From assembly GCA_002418185.1 (NCBI GenBank), contig DIDN01000022.1:1-63393 (forward strand): DNA of 63,393 bases. The letters run 5' to 3'. The position numbers were made by a program, and so were the translations under genes. Below are positions 43,287 to 55,316 of the stretch, piece after piece. Source of the stretch: Deltaproteobacteria bacterium UBA5799. Its GTDB lineage: Bacteria; Desulfobacterota; GWC2-55-46. The notes below the pieces were generated by a model that was given only the letters and a program-made list of their open reading frames with translations, made no database searches and was not told the origin of the DNA. How positions within the stretch are numbered: the first letter of the stretch is position 1; the number at the start of each line of letters is the position of its first letter.

Positions 43287-43751
43287 TTAAGCGGCTAAGA
43301 GTTCTCCGTATTCTATCCTCACATTCTCTCGCTTCGCAAGCTCAATAGCTCGGAAATACATTTCCTTCCTACGCTCGTATTCTACAGAATTCATTATTTC
43401 TGTCGCGAGCCCGCTAGTCATTACAAGCTCAATTGCAGCTATTAAGGAAAAAAATTCTTTCTCTCCTAATTCAACCGCAAGAATTGATTTAAGACGCTCG
43501 AAAAAAAACTTAAATCCTTTAAGTTTAATTCCTACCAACTTTTTTTCATAAGGATGCCAAAGAACCGTCAAAAATTTATCTACCCGATCAGCCCTGTACG
43601 AGCAGTCTTCATTAAGATAGGTTAAGACATCCATTTCAGGAAAATAACGGGCTGCAGGCGTAAAATTTATTTCACTCCTGACTTCTTTTATTCCTGAAGA
43701 ACTTATCAAATCTTCAAAAAATGTGCCCATTTTCTCCACCTCCATTACCAT
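43287..43751 (-). CDS. hypothetical protein (147-154 aa), AT-rich gene, no recognised family
   Basis: A long ORF in ~35-40% G+C DNA, where stop codons are frequent. The likely start is ATG 43730 (MGTFFEDL), preceded by GGAGGTGGAG. The N-terminal part is faintly DUF2283-like (DVLTYL...LVGIKLKGF). Confidence 0.6.
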   Translation of the reverse strand: MVMEVEKMGTFFEDLISSSGIKEVRSEINFTPAARYFPEMDVLTYLNEDCSYRADRVDKFLTVLWHPYEKKLVGIKLKGFKFFFERLKSILAVELGEKEFFSLIAAIELVMTSGLATEIMNSVEYERRKEMYFRAIELAKRENVRIEYGELLAA

Positions 43752-44329
43752 ATTCGCTCATCATAGCGCACATCATAAAACGCCGGTAAAGTATTACATC
43801 TTTTATCAGCTAAAACCCATTCCCAATCTAAAATGATCCCAGAGGTTTTATCCTCTTTAAAAGAAACATAAGTTGCAAAAACAGAATCTATAGGCTGCGA
43901 TAGCCGAGTAGGTCCTACGACACTATATCGGTCTTTTTCCGGATAAATGTAGGTATGTTTAGGATTTGTAATATAGATATAAATTTCACCATCGTGACCA
44001 GTATCCTTAAAAGGTCTTTTAAGACCTTTGAATAGAGCAAAGGAATCAAGCAATCCATTTGTCCCTTGCATATCACATGTGGGATTAGCTTCTTCTACAT
44101 TGCCATGAACTAGCCCGCAATATTCTCCTATTTTGGCATTTAGAGAAAGGTCCATGAACTTTCTTATTATATCGGGATGAGCAGAAAGTTCAACATATTT
44201 GACCCTATCTTCTGGATGAGGAGCCAACACAACATTCGGGGTGGATCTATTGCTACGAGTAGTGGGTTGTATGATATTCATTACATTTGGACTCTTCTCA
44301 GAAGTTGTTAAACCTAGTTTTCTTAACAT
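43745..44329 (-). CDS. hypothetical protein (194 aa), AT-rich gene, no recognised family
   Basis: Long ORF in AT-rich DNA, directly 3' of tRNA-Ser. It overlaps or abuts the downstream ORF. No motif recognised. Confidence 0.6.
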   Translation of the reverse strand: MLRKLGLTTSEKSPNVMNIIQPTTRSNRSTPNVVLAPHPEDRVKYVELSAHPDIIRKFMDLSLNAKIGEYCGLVHGNVEEANPTCDMQGTNGLLDSFALFKGLKRPFKDTGHDGEIYIYITNPKHTYIYPEKDRYSVVGPTRLSQPIDSVFATYVSFKEDKTSGIILDWEWVLADKRCNTLPAFYDVRYDERIW

Positions 44330-44416
44330 GAATTTTATTTTTTGTCAAGTATTTCTTGATTATCATTGTTTCTAACAGAAATTTTCTTGCTATTTATACA
44401 TTTTCTAAATAAACTT

Positions 44417-44501
44417 TGGCGGAGGGTGAGGGACTCGAACCCCCAAGGGCGTTAGCCCGCCGGTTTTCAAGACCGGTGACTTACCATTAGCCTAACCCTC
44501 C
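44417..44501 (-). tRNA. tRNA-Ser (anticodon TGA), long variable arm, CCA encoded
   Basis: Reverse complement folds as GGAGGGT..CCGGT-CTTGAAA-ACCGG, variable arm CGGGCTAACGCCCTTG, T arm GGGGG-TTCGAGT-CCCTC, ACCCTCC-G-CCA. 85 nt. Confidence 0.92.
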
Positions 44502-44575
44502 GGTGTCATCTGGCGGGGATGGTGCTGGAAAGGTGTTGATGCCGGTTTGTTTTCATTTCTGAGCGCGTGAGTTTT

Positions 44576-44607
44576 GAGATTCTTCGCTGCGCTCAGAATG
44601 ACAGAAA
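44576..44607 (+). repeat. REP-like intergenic repeat, copy A
   Basis: gagattcttcgctgcgctcagaatgacagaaa. About 30 of 32 nt match copy B. Contains an attct...agaat inverted repeat. Confidence 0.7.
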
Positions 44608-44619
44608 CTTTCTTATAAA

Positions 44620-45939
<1,320 letters not shown>

Positions 45940-46013
45940 TTAATTATTTTTGAATATACCCCGTTTGTTGCCAGGAGGCTCGTTATTGATTCTACCGAGC
46001 TGGTCTATAAGCC

Positions 46014-46046
46014 GAGATTCTTCGCTTCGCTCAGAATGACAGCAAA
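46014..46046 (+). repeat. REP-like intergenic repeat, copy B
   Basis: gagattcttcgcttcgctcagaatgacagcaaaa, same orientation as copy A, on the other side of serS. Confidence 0.7.
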
Positions 46047-46107
46047 AATCTTCAGACAGAAGCTTCCGGAAAAAGCTCCTCACCTCGACAGACGCGGGGA
46101 TTATAAG

Positions 46108-46740
46108 CTAATCCCCCTCCTTTTTCCACCGTTTGAAGAGGTTATTCTCGACTCCGAGGACGTCCAGCACCTTTCCCGCTACGAAATCGACCATCTCTTC
46201 GACGCTGGAAGGCTTGTGGTAGAACGCGGGCATTGCCGGGAGGATAACTGCCCCGGCCTTTGAGAGCCTGAGCATGTTCTGCAGATGTATCGTGCTCAAG
46301 GGGGTTTCCCTCGGCACGAGCACCAGCGGCCGCCGCTCCTTCAACATGCAGTCGGCGGCCCGCTCGATGAGGTTGCCGGAGACCCCGGACGCTATCCTTG
46401 CGAGGGTGCCCATTGAGCACGGGCAGACTATCATGGCCTTTACGAGGGATGAGCCGCTCGCGGCAGAGGCGGCCAGGTCGTTATGCGGGATGAGCCTCAA
46501 GCGCCCCTTGGCCGGGCACCCTTTTTTTTCGAGGAAATGGATAAGGCGCGAAGCCGCGTCCGCCTCAGTGCACTCTATCCCCAGCTCCTCTTTCAGAATT
46601 ATATAACCCGAAGGGGAGATGACGAGCTCCACGTCGTCTCCCCTTGAAAGAAGCTCATTCGCTATCTTGAGTCCGTAAGCGGCGCCGCTTGCCCCGGTAA
46701 GGGCCAGAAGATATCCAGCCACTCTGCTTATTCCCTTCAT
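46108..46740 (-). CDS. ubiX: UbiX-family flavin prenyltransferase
   Basis: LALTGASGAAYG N-terminus and VCPCSMGTLA motif. 210 aa. Confidence 0.88.
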   Translation of the reverse strand: MKGISRVAGYLLALTGASGAAYGLKIANELLSRGDDVELVISPSGYIILKEELGIECTEADAASRLIHFLEKKGCPAKGRLRLIPHNDLAASAASGSSLVKAMIVCPCSMGTLARIASGVSGNLIERAADCMLKERRPLVLVPRETPLSTIHLQNMLRLSKAGAVILPAMPAFYHKPSSVEEMVDFVAGKVLDVLGVENNLFKRWKKEGD

Positions 46741-46901
46741 CGCCGCCGTTTAAGTCCAGGATGTTGAACGCCTGCAGCGGCTTTCTTCTCCCTTTCAGGG
46801 GAAGGCCGGGAGGGGGCGGGATATCTTACCCTCCCCTCTGTCCCTCCCGCCTGATATGGGAGGGGCCGTCTGAAAGATACCCGGCTGCTTGCGTGAGGTG
46901 T

Positions 46902-48401
46902 TTATTTCCGGGGCTTCACGATAACGTAAATCGTATTGCCGCCCCTCTCGACAAGGAAGAGTACGATATCGTTCTTTTCCGCCTCGTTGAGAGCCCTGCT
47001 GTAATCGGCCATGCCCCTTATGGGCTTCCTGTCAATTTCCTTTACGAGGTCTCCCCTCTTCAGACCCGCTTCGGAAGCGGCGCTGTCGGGCTTTACGGAG
47101 CTTATTATGACCCCGTCCGTCTCCTTTTTGCCGAGCCGCTTGGCTATCTCCGGGGTTATGGGCTGCGCCGAGATTCCGAGCCTCTTGTCCGGAGAGCCGT
47201 TATCCTGGTTTGCCGCAGGCTCGTCAATGTCCTCATCGACCTTGGTCCCCACCTTCACGAAGAATACCCGCTCCTTGCCGTCCCGGAGGACCTTCACTTC
47301 CGCGTTCTTGCCCGGGGGAGTGGTGGCGACCACCCTCGGCAGGTCGCTCAGCTCGTTCACCTGCCTGCCGTCGAAGGATATGATGATGTCCCCGGCCTTC
47401 AGGCCCGCCTGGTCCGCCGGCTCGTTGGGGTTGACCGAAGAGATAAGCACCCCCCTCGCCTCCTTGACCCCGAACGACTTTGCGAGCTCGGGAGTGAGAT
47501 CCTGTATGCTCACGCCTATCCAGCCCCTGGTCACCCTGCCCGTTTCCTTGAGCTGCAGGAGCACCTCCTTCACCATGTTAATGGGTGTAGCGAAGCCGAT
47601 GCCCTGGCCGCCGGCCACGATAGCCGTGTTTATGCCAACGACCTCGCCATTCGTGTTGAAAAGAGGGCCGCCGGAGTTACCGGGGTTGATGGACGCGTCA
47701 GTCTGGAGGAAGTTGTCGTACGGGCCGGCTCCGATTACCCTCCCCTTCTGGCTCACTATTCCGGCGGTGACAGTGCCGCCGAGGCCGAAGGGGTTCCCTA
47801 TGGCGAGCACCCACTCCCCTATCTGGAGCTCGTCCGAGTCGCCAAGTACGGCAATCGGGAGCTTCTCCTCGGGTTTTATCCTTATGAGGGCGATGTCGAG
47901 CTTCTGGTCCTGGCCCACCACAGTCGCCTTGTATTCCTTCTTGTCCTCGGAGAGAGTGACGATTATCTCGGTGGCATTCTCGATAACGTGGAAGTTGGTG
48001 AGTATGTATCCTTCGGAGTTGAGTATGAAGCCCGAGCCCAGGCTCTGGCGCTTCATCTCCCCTCCGGGCGGCTCCTCGAAGAACCTCCTGAAGTCGTCTC
48101 CGAAGAACTCCTCGAAGGGGCCACCCCTGAACTCGGGGAACGGCATGGTGGGCCTCTCCTTCATCACCTGGGTGGTCGATATGTTCACGACCATCGGGGA
48201 GAGCTTCTTTGCGAGCTCCACGAAGTTATTGGGCACGGCCCCTGTCACCAGCGGGCTCGAGTCCGCGTCCTGCCAGAAGTTCTGGGCCGTGGTGGTGTCG
48301 GTCATATCGAAACGGGCCGTGATCATCACGCCCGCGATTACCGAGATAAAGGCGACAAGCACGATTGTCTTCAGCCCGAAACCTTTTTTCTTTTCGTCCA
48401 T
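46902..48401 (-). CDS. htrA: HtrA/DegP/DegQ-family periplasmic serine protease with two PDZ domains
   Basis: Catalytic GNSGGPL, His and Asp regions, two PDZ-like repeats (AGLKAGDIIISFDG and AGLKRGDLVKEID). N-terminal anchor. Confidence 0.92.
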   Translation of the reverse strand: MDEKKKGFGLKTIVLVAFISVIAGVMITARFDMTDTTTAQNFWQDADSSPLVTGAVPNNFVELAKKLSPMVVNISTTQVMKERPTMPFPEFRGGPFEEFFGDDFRRFFEEPPGGEMKRQSLGSGFILNSEGYILTNFHVIENATEIIVTLSEDKKEYKATVVGQDQKLDIALIRIKPEEKLPIAVLGDSDELQIGEWVLAIGNPFGLGGTVTAGIVSQKGRVIGAGPYDNFLQTDASINPGNSGGPLFNTNGEVVGINTAIVAGGQGIGFATPINMVKEVLLQLKETGRVTRGWIGVSIQDLTPELAKSFGVKEARGVLISSVNPNEPADQAGLKAGDIIISFDGRQVNELSDLPRVVATTPPGKNAEVKVLRDGKERVFFVKVGTKVDEDIDEPAANQDNGSPDKRLGISAQPITPEIAKRLGKKETDGVIISSVKPDSAASEAGLKRGDLVKEIDRKPIRGMADYSRALNEAEKNDIVLFLVERGGNTIYVIVKPRK

Positions 48402-48463
48402 TGGTGCTCCTAATTTGGAAATCCTGGGGTCTTTCGAAGCGCCGGTCAGGTGCGACCCGGGGT

Positions 48464-48781
48464 CTATGAGGCCAGTTTCACATACCAGAGGCGGAGTTCA
48501 TGGAGGACCTCGTCCATGAGCTTCGCTTCCTCTTCCGTGAGGTTTCCGTTCGTCTTTTCCCTCAATAGAGCGATAAGCTCTATCGTCTGCTTCGCCACCT
48601 CGGGCTCCTTTTCGGTCTTTTTGGTGACCGGGTTCTCGACAAGCCCGAGGTTCATGAGGGCCGAAGTAGAGAGCGAGAGTATGAACGCGGAGAAGTCCAG
48701 CGCCGGGAGCTGGGCGTTCTTTTTCCCGCCCTCTTCTCCTTCTTTATTGATTTCCACGTTCTTTTCGCCGTTCTCTTCCAC
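48464..48781 (-). CDS. DUF1844 domain protein
   Basis: LDFSAFILSLSTSALMNLG....A...I.LLREKT.GNLT.EE..L....L.ELR pattern typical of DUF1844. 105 aa. Confidence 0.7.
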   Translation of the reverse strand: MEENGEKNVEINKEGEEGGKKNAQLPALDFSAFILSLSTSALMNLGLVENPVTKKTEKEPEVAKQTIELIALLREKTNGNLTEEEAKLMDEVLHELRLWYVKLAS

Positions 48782-48804
48782 TTGGCACCGCCGCCCTTTC
48801 TTTT

Positions 48805-49242
48805 CTACTGCACCTTTATCCTGATGCTCCCGGGCCCGATGTCCTTCGGCTTGGGGACGGTGATTCTCAATACGCCGTCCTGAAAATTCGCTTTTATGTC
48901 GCTACTTTCCACTGTGTAAGGCAGGCTGAAGGCCCTCTGGAAACTGCCGTAGAACCTCTCCATCCTGAAGTAGTTCTCCTCCTTGAGGTCCTTCTCGAAC
49001 TTCCTTTCCCCCTTGATGGTGAGCGTATTTTCGCTCGCCTCGACGCTCACGTTGCCGGGCTCGACCCCCGGGAGCTCGGCCTTTAACACCAGGAAGTCCT
49101 CTGTCTCGTATATGTCGACCGGGGGGTACCAGTGATTTCCCCCTGAAGTCTTGTATTTAAGGAGCGTCTCGTCGAATATGCGGCTCATCCTCTCCTGGAG
49201 GAAGAGGAGGTCCTTGAAGGGGTCTTTCTTTTTAAGGGCCAC
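48805..49242 (-). CDS. Hsp20/alpha-crystallin small heat-shock protein
   Basis: WYPPVDIYETEDFLVLKAELPGV...NGVLRITVPK-type motif (DGVLRITVPKP). 145 aa. Confidence 0.92.
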   Translation of the reverse strand: MALKKKDPFKDLLFLQERMSRIFDETLLKYKTSGGNHWYPPVDIYETEDFLVLKAELPGVEPGNVSVEASENTLTIKGERKFEKDLKEENYFRMERFYGSFQRAFSLPYTVESSDIKANFQDGVLRITVPKPKDIGPGSIRIKVQ

Positions 49243-49301
49243 GGAAGCACACCTCGGTTCAGAGCCCGGAGCTGACCGGCGAGAAAAAACTCATAAATCC
49301 T

Positions 49302-49330
49302 AATTTATTTTATAATCAAGCATTTGTCAA
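49302..49330 (-). promoter_or_regulatory. candidate sigma70-type promoter of hsp20
   Basis: Minus strand reads TTGACA-N17-TAAATT (49325-49330 and 49302-49307), ~60 nt upstream of the ATG at 49242. Confidence 0.3.
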
Positions 49331-49356
49331 GGAAACAGACGGGCTGAAGGCCGCTC

Positions 49357-51999
<2,643 letters not shown>

Positions 52000-52069
52000 G
52001 TCCTCCGCTCCTTTTCCCCTTCCTCCCGGAAAGGCGTATGTATGGCCGCCCTCCGGCCAATTCCATTAT

Positions 52070-52098
52070 AATGTAGGCGCGCCCCGTCGTTTTGTCAA
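52070..52098 (-). promoter_or_regulatory. candidate promoter of clpB
   Basis: Minus strand reads TTGACA-N17-TACATT (52093-52098 and 52070-52075), ~70 nt upstream of the clpB ATG. Confidence 0.3.
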
Positions 52099-52178
52099 GA
52101 AAGAGGCGGGTTTACATGGCCCGTTTCCGGCTCGGAGGGATATTGCCTTTTACGACGCGATGCCTTATCATCCCACAC

Positions 52179-55100
52179 ATGGCAAACGACTTGCTTGGCA
52201 AGGCTGAAAAGGAAGCCGCTCTCGATCTCGCCTCCCTCGGCTATGCAGACGGCATGGGGGCGCTCAGGAACCTGAAGCTCCTTTCACGGGGCCCGCTCTC
52301 TGCCCGCCTGGACGCTCTCTTGAGACTTTCGCTTCAGGCGCCCTCGCCTGATGCGGCCCTCAACAACCTTGAAGGCGTGGTCTCCGGCTCAGGCGAGCGC
52401 GTAAGCGCGCTCTCGGACATCGAGCTCGGGCAGCTCCTCTTTGTCTGCGGCTCGTCCTCGTTTCTCTCGGGCATCCTGGCCCGGAACCCCGATTACACCG
52501 GATGGCTCTTCGGTGGTGCGCTCGAGCTGTCGCGCGATGCTGTATCGCTTAAAAACGAAATAGAAGAGAGGACCTCGGGCCTTGATTCCGCCGACGAGGT
52601 CTCAAGGGAGATACGCCTTTTCAAGCAGAAGGAATACCTCCGTATAGGCTCAAGGGACCTCTTGAGGGCCGCGGACCTGAAGGAGACGACAAGGGAGCTG
52701 TCCGACCTCGCTTCCGCGTGCCTCGAAGCTGCCGTTGCCTTCTCCCTCAGGTCCCATAAAATGACGTTCGGCGCCCCGTTGTACGAGGACGCCACGGGAG
52801 AGAAGAAAGAGGCGGGGTTCGCGGTCATAGGCATGGGTAAGCTCGGCGGACGTGAGCTCAACTTCTCGTCCGACATAGACATACTCTACATCTACTCGTC
52901 CGACCGTGGCGAGACTCTGGGCGTCGAGGGCAGGCCCGGCTCGGCAATAAGCCTCCATGCCTTCTTCGTCAAGGTCTCGATGCTCATCACAAGGCTCATA
53001 TCGAACGTAACGGACGAGGGGTTCGCCTTCAGGGTGGACCTCGACTTAAGGCCCGAGGGCCGAAGCGGCGATATCGCGAACTCCATACGGAGCGCCGAGG
53101 TCTACTACGAGTCCTGGGGCCAGCCCTGGGAACGGGCGGCCCTCATAAAGGCGAGGCCGGTCGCCGGCTCAAGCGAGCTTGGCGAGGAATTCCTCTCCAT
53201 GATAAGGCCCTTCGTCTTCAGGAAGTACCTGGACTTCACGGCCATAGACGAGATAAAGACCATGAAGGAGAAGATAGACCTGAGCCTTCTCAGGAGAAAC
53301 CCGGACGCCGTGGACGTGAAGCTCGGGGCCGGCGGCATCCGCGAGATAGAGTTCTTCTGCCAGGCCCTTCAGCTCATACACGCGGGCAAGGACCCGCTCA
53401 TAAGGGAGAGGAACACCCTCAAGGCGATCGGGAAGCTCAAGGAGCGCAACTACGTCCGTGACGAGGAGGCGGAGCGCTTGTCTTCGGGGTACGTATTCTT
53501 GCGCGACCTCGAGCACAGGATCCAGATAATCGAGGGCAGGCAGAGCCAGGCCATACCCGCGGGCGAGGCCGCAATCGAAAGGCTCGCCAGGATGATGGGC
53601 TTTAGTCCCTCGCGCGGGGAAAAGGCGGGAGCCCGGTTCTGGGACGAATACAGGCGGGTGACCTCGATCGTGCACGAGGGCTTCAGGTCGCTTTTCTACA
53701 GGTCCGGCGAGGCCCCGGAGGTGCCGGAGGAGGTAGGGCTCCTCTTTGCAGCCGACCTCCCGGAAGACGAGGCGCTCTCAAGGCTCCGCGCCCTCGGCTT
53801 CGGCGACCCTGCGGCGGCTTACTCGAACCTCAGGCTCCTCAGGGACGGCCCGCCGTTCGCCCGTCTCTCGGCCAAGGCCCGCCTCATCCTGCAAAAGCTC
53901 GCGCCCATGTTCCTCCAGAGGGCAGCGGGCTCGCCAGACCCGGACAGGAGCCTCGCCCACCTCGAAAGGTTCGTCTCGTCCGTGGGCGCGCGCACGACTT
54001 TCTATTCGCTCCTGTACGAAAACCCGCCCGTCCTCGAGGAGCTCATGCGCCTTTTCGGCACGAGCGACTTCCTCTCGCGGGACCTCATAGAGCACCCCGA
54101 GAGCCTCGACATACTGCTCTCCGACGAGCTCTCCATCGCCTACAAGAAGCGCGAGGAGATAGCGGGCTCCTTCATGTCAGAGGCTTCGTCGGGCAAGGAG
54201 TACGAGGAGGTGCTCGACGGCTTGAGGAAGCTCAAGAGCCAGGAACTGTTCAGGATAGGGCTTAACGACATTGGCGGGGCGCTTACACCCAGGCAGGTCT
54301 CCAACCAGATATCTTTCGTGGCCGAGGCGGCGCTCGAGGCCGCACTCCGGACCGCCCGGGACGGCCTGAAGGAGCGCTTCGGCGGGCCTCCGGCCTCCGG
54401 CAGGTTCGCGGTCCTGGGCATGGGGAAGCTCGGGGGCAGGGAGCTCATCTACGGCTCCGACCTCGATATAGTCTTCGTCTACACGGGCGATCCCCAGGAG
54501 AGGACGGACGGGCCCAGGGAACTGTCGCTTCACGAGTATTACGTGAAACTCGGCCAGAGGATGATAAGCGCGCTTACGCTAAGGACCAGGGAGGGCTTCG
54601 TCTTCAACGTGGACGCCCGGCTCCGGCCCTCGGGGAGCGCGGGCCCGCTGGTCGTATCCGAAGAGGCGCTCTTCAAATACCACTCCGGCCCGACGCTCGT
54701 CTGGGAAAGACAGGCCCTTACCAGGGCACGCGCCGTTGCCGGGGACCTCGGGTTCGGCAGCGGCATCGTCGCCGGCCTCTGGGACATCCTCTACTCCAGG
54801 CCCCTCACCGGGGCCGACATCGAAGAGATGCTCCGGATAAGGAAGAGGATGGAAGTTGAAATTGCCAAGGAGGACGCGGGGCGGTATAATGTCAAGACCG
54901 GGGCGGGCGGAATCGTCGACATTGAGTTCCTGGTGCAGGCGCTTCAGCTCAGGCACGGCTCCGGGAACGCCTCTCTAAGGACCCAGTTCACCCAAAAGGC
55001 GCTCCTCAGGCTCAAAAGGAGCGGGCTTATTCGCGACGACGACTTCCGTTTCCTCGCCGGCGCCTGGTCTTTCGTGCGGCTCATCGAAACGAGGCAGCGG

Positions 55101-55313
55101 ATCGTGCACGACAGGCCCGAGGGCCATCTCCTTAAGGGCTCGGAGGAGCTTACGACGCTTGCGAGGAGGACCGGCTACTCAGGCCCCGATGCCGCCGAGA
55201 GGCTCCTAAAGGATTACGCCCGCATTGCCGAAAGGGTAAGGGGTTTTTATTCAAAGACGCTCGAAGGGCTCAAGACGGCCCCTTCCGCTACGCGGAACGG
55301 GAAGGACGGTTGA
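52179..55313 (+). CDS. glnE: bifunctional glutamine synthetase adenylyltransferase/adenylyl-removing enzyme
   Basis: Two nucleotidyltransferase repeats (GMGKLGGRELNFSSDIDILYIY and GMGKLGGRELIYGSDLDIVFVY). I prefer the MANDLLGK start over the upstream extension to 52092. Confidence 0.9.
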   Translation: MANDLLGKAEKEAALDLASLGYADGMGALRNLKLLSRGPLSARLDALLRLSLQAPSPDAALNNLEGVVSGSGERVSALSDIELGQLLFVCGSSSFLSGILARNPDYTGWLFGGALELSRDAVSLKNEIEERTSGLDSADEVSREIRLFKQKEYLRIGSRDLLRAADLKETTRELSDLASACLEAAVAFSLRSHKMTFGAPLYEDATGEKKEAGFAVIGMGKLGGRELNFSSDIDILYIYSSDRGETLGVEGRPGSAISLHAFFVKVSMLITRLISNVTDEGFAFRVDLDLRPEGRSGDIANSIRSAEVYYESWGQPWERAALIKARPVAGSSELGEEFLSMIRPFVFRKYLDFTAIDEIKTMKEKIDLSLLRRNPDAVDVKLGAGGIREIEFFCQALQLIHAGKDPLIRERNTLKAIGKLKERNYVRDEEAERLSSGYVFLRDLEHRIQIIEGRQSQAIPAGEAAIERLARMMGFSPSRGEKAGARFWDEYRRVTSIVHEGFRSLFYRSGEAPEVPEEVGLLFAADLPEDEALSRLRALGFGDPAAAYSNLRLLRDGPPFARLSAKARLILQKLAPMFLQRAAGSPDPDRSLAHLERFVSSVGARTTFYSLLYENPPVLEELMRLFGTSDFLSRDLIEHPESLDILLSDELSIAYKKREEIAGSFMSEASSGKEYEEVLDGLRKLKSQELFRIGLNDIGGALTPRQVSNQISFVAEAALEAALRTARDGLKERFGGPPASGRFAVLGMGKLGGRELIYGSDLDIVFVYTGDPQERTDGPRELSLHEYYVKLGQRMISALTLRTREGFVFNVDARLRPSGSAGPLVVSEEALFKYHSGPTLVWERQALTRARAVAGDLGFGSGIVAGLWDILYSRPLTGADIEEMLRIRKRMEVEIAKEDAGRYNVKTGAGGIVDIEFLVQALQLRHGSGNASLRTQFTQKALLRLKRSGLIRDDDFRFLAGAWSFVRLIETRQRIVHDRPEGHLLKGSEELTTLARRTGYSGPDAAERLLKDYARIAERVRGFYSKTLEGLKTAPSATRNGKDG

Positions 55314-55316
55314 CAT

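Noticed and set aside
46761-48519. Very long plus-strand ORFs (550 aa and 502 aa) antisense to htrA. Similar cases: 50614..52071 and 50951..51757 opposite clpB, 16630..17796 and 17765..18736 opposite hemH/hemY, 139..1008 opposite rluB, and 11045..12085 opposite the NHL gene.
   Set aside because: Their translations are low-complexity and Arg/Pro/Gly/Ser-rich, with no motifs. The opposite strand encodes unmistakable conserved proteins. These are the shadow ORFs typical of G+C-rich DNA.
52092-52178. N-terminal extension of glnE (ORF track start at 52092).
   Set aside because: The extension (MSRKRRVYMARFRLGGILPFTTRCLIIPH) is non-homologous-looking and overlaps the putative clpB promoter. MANDLLGK is the plausible start.
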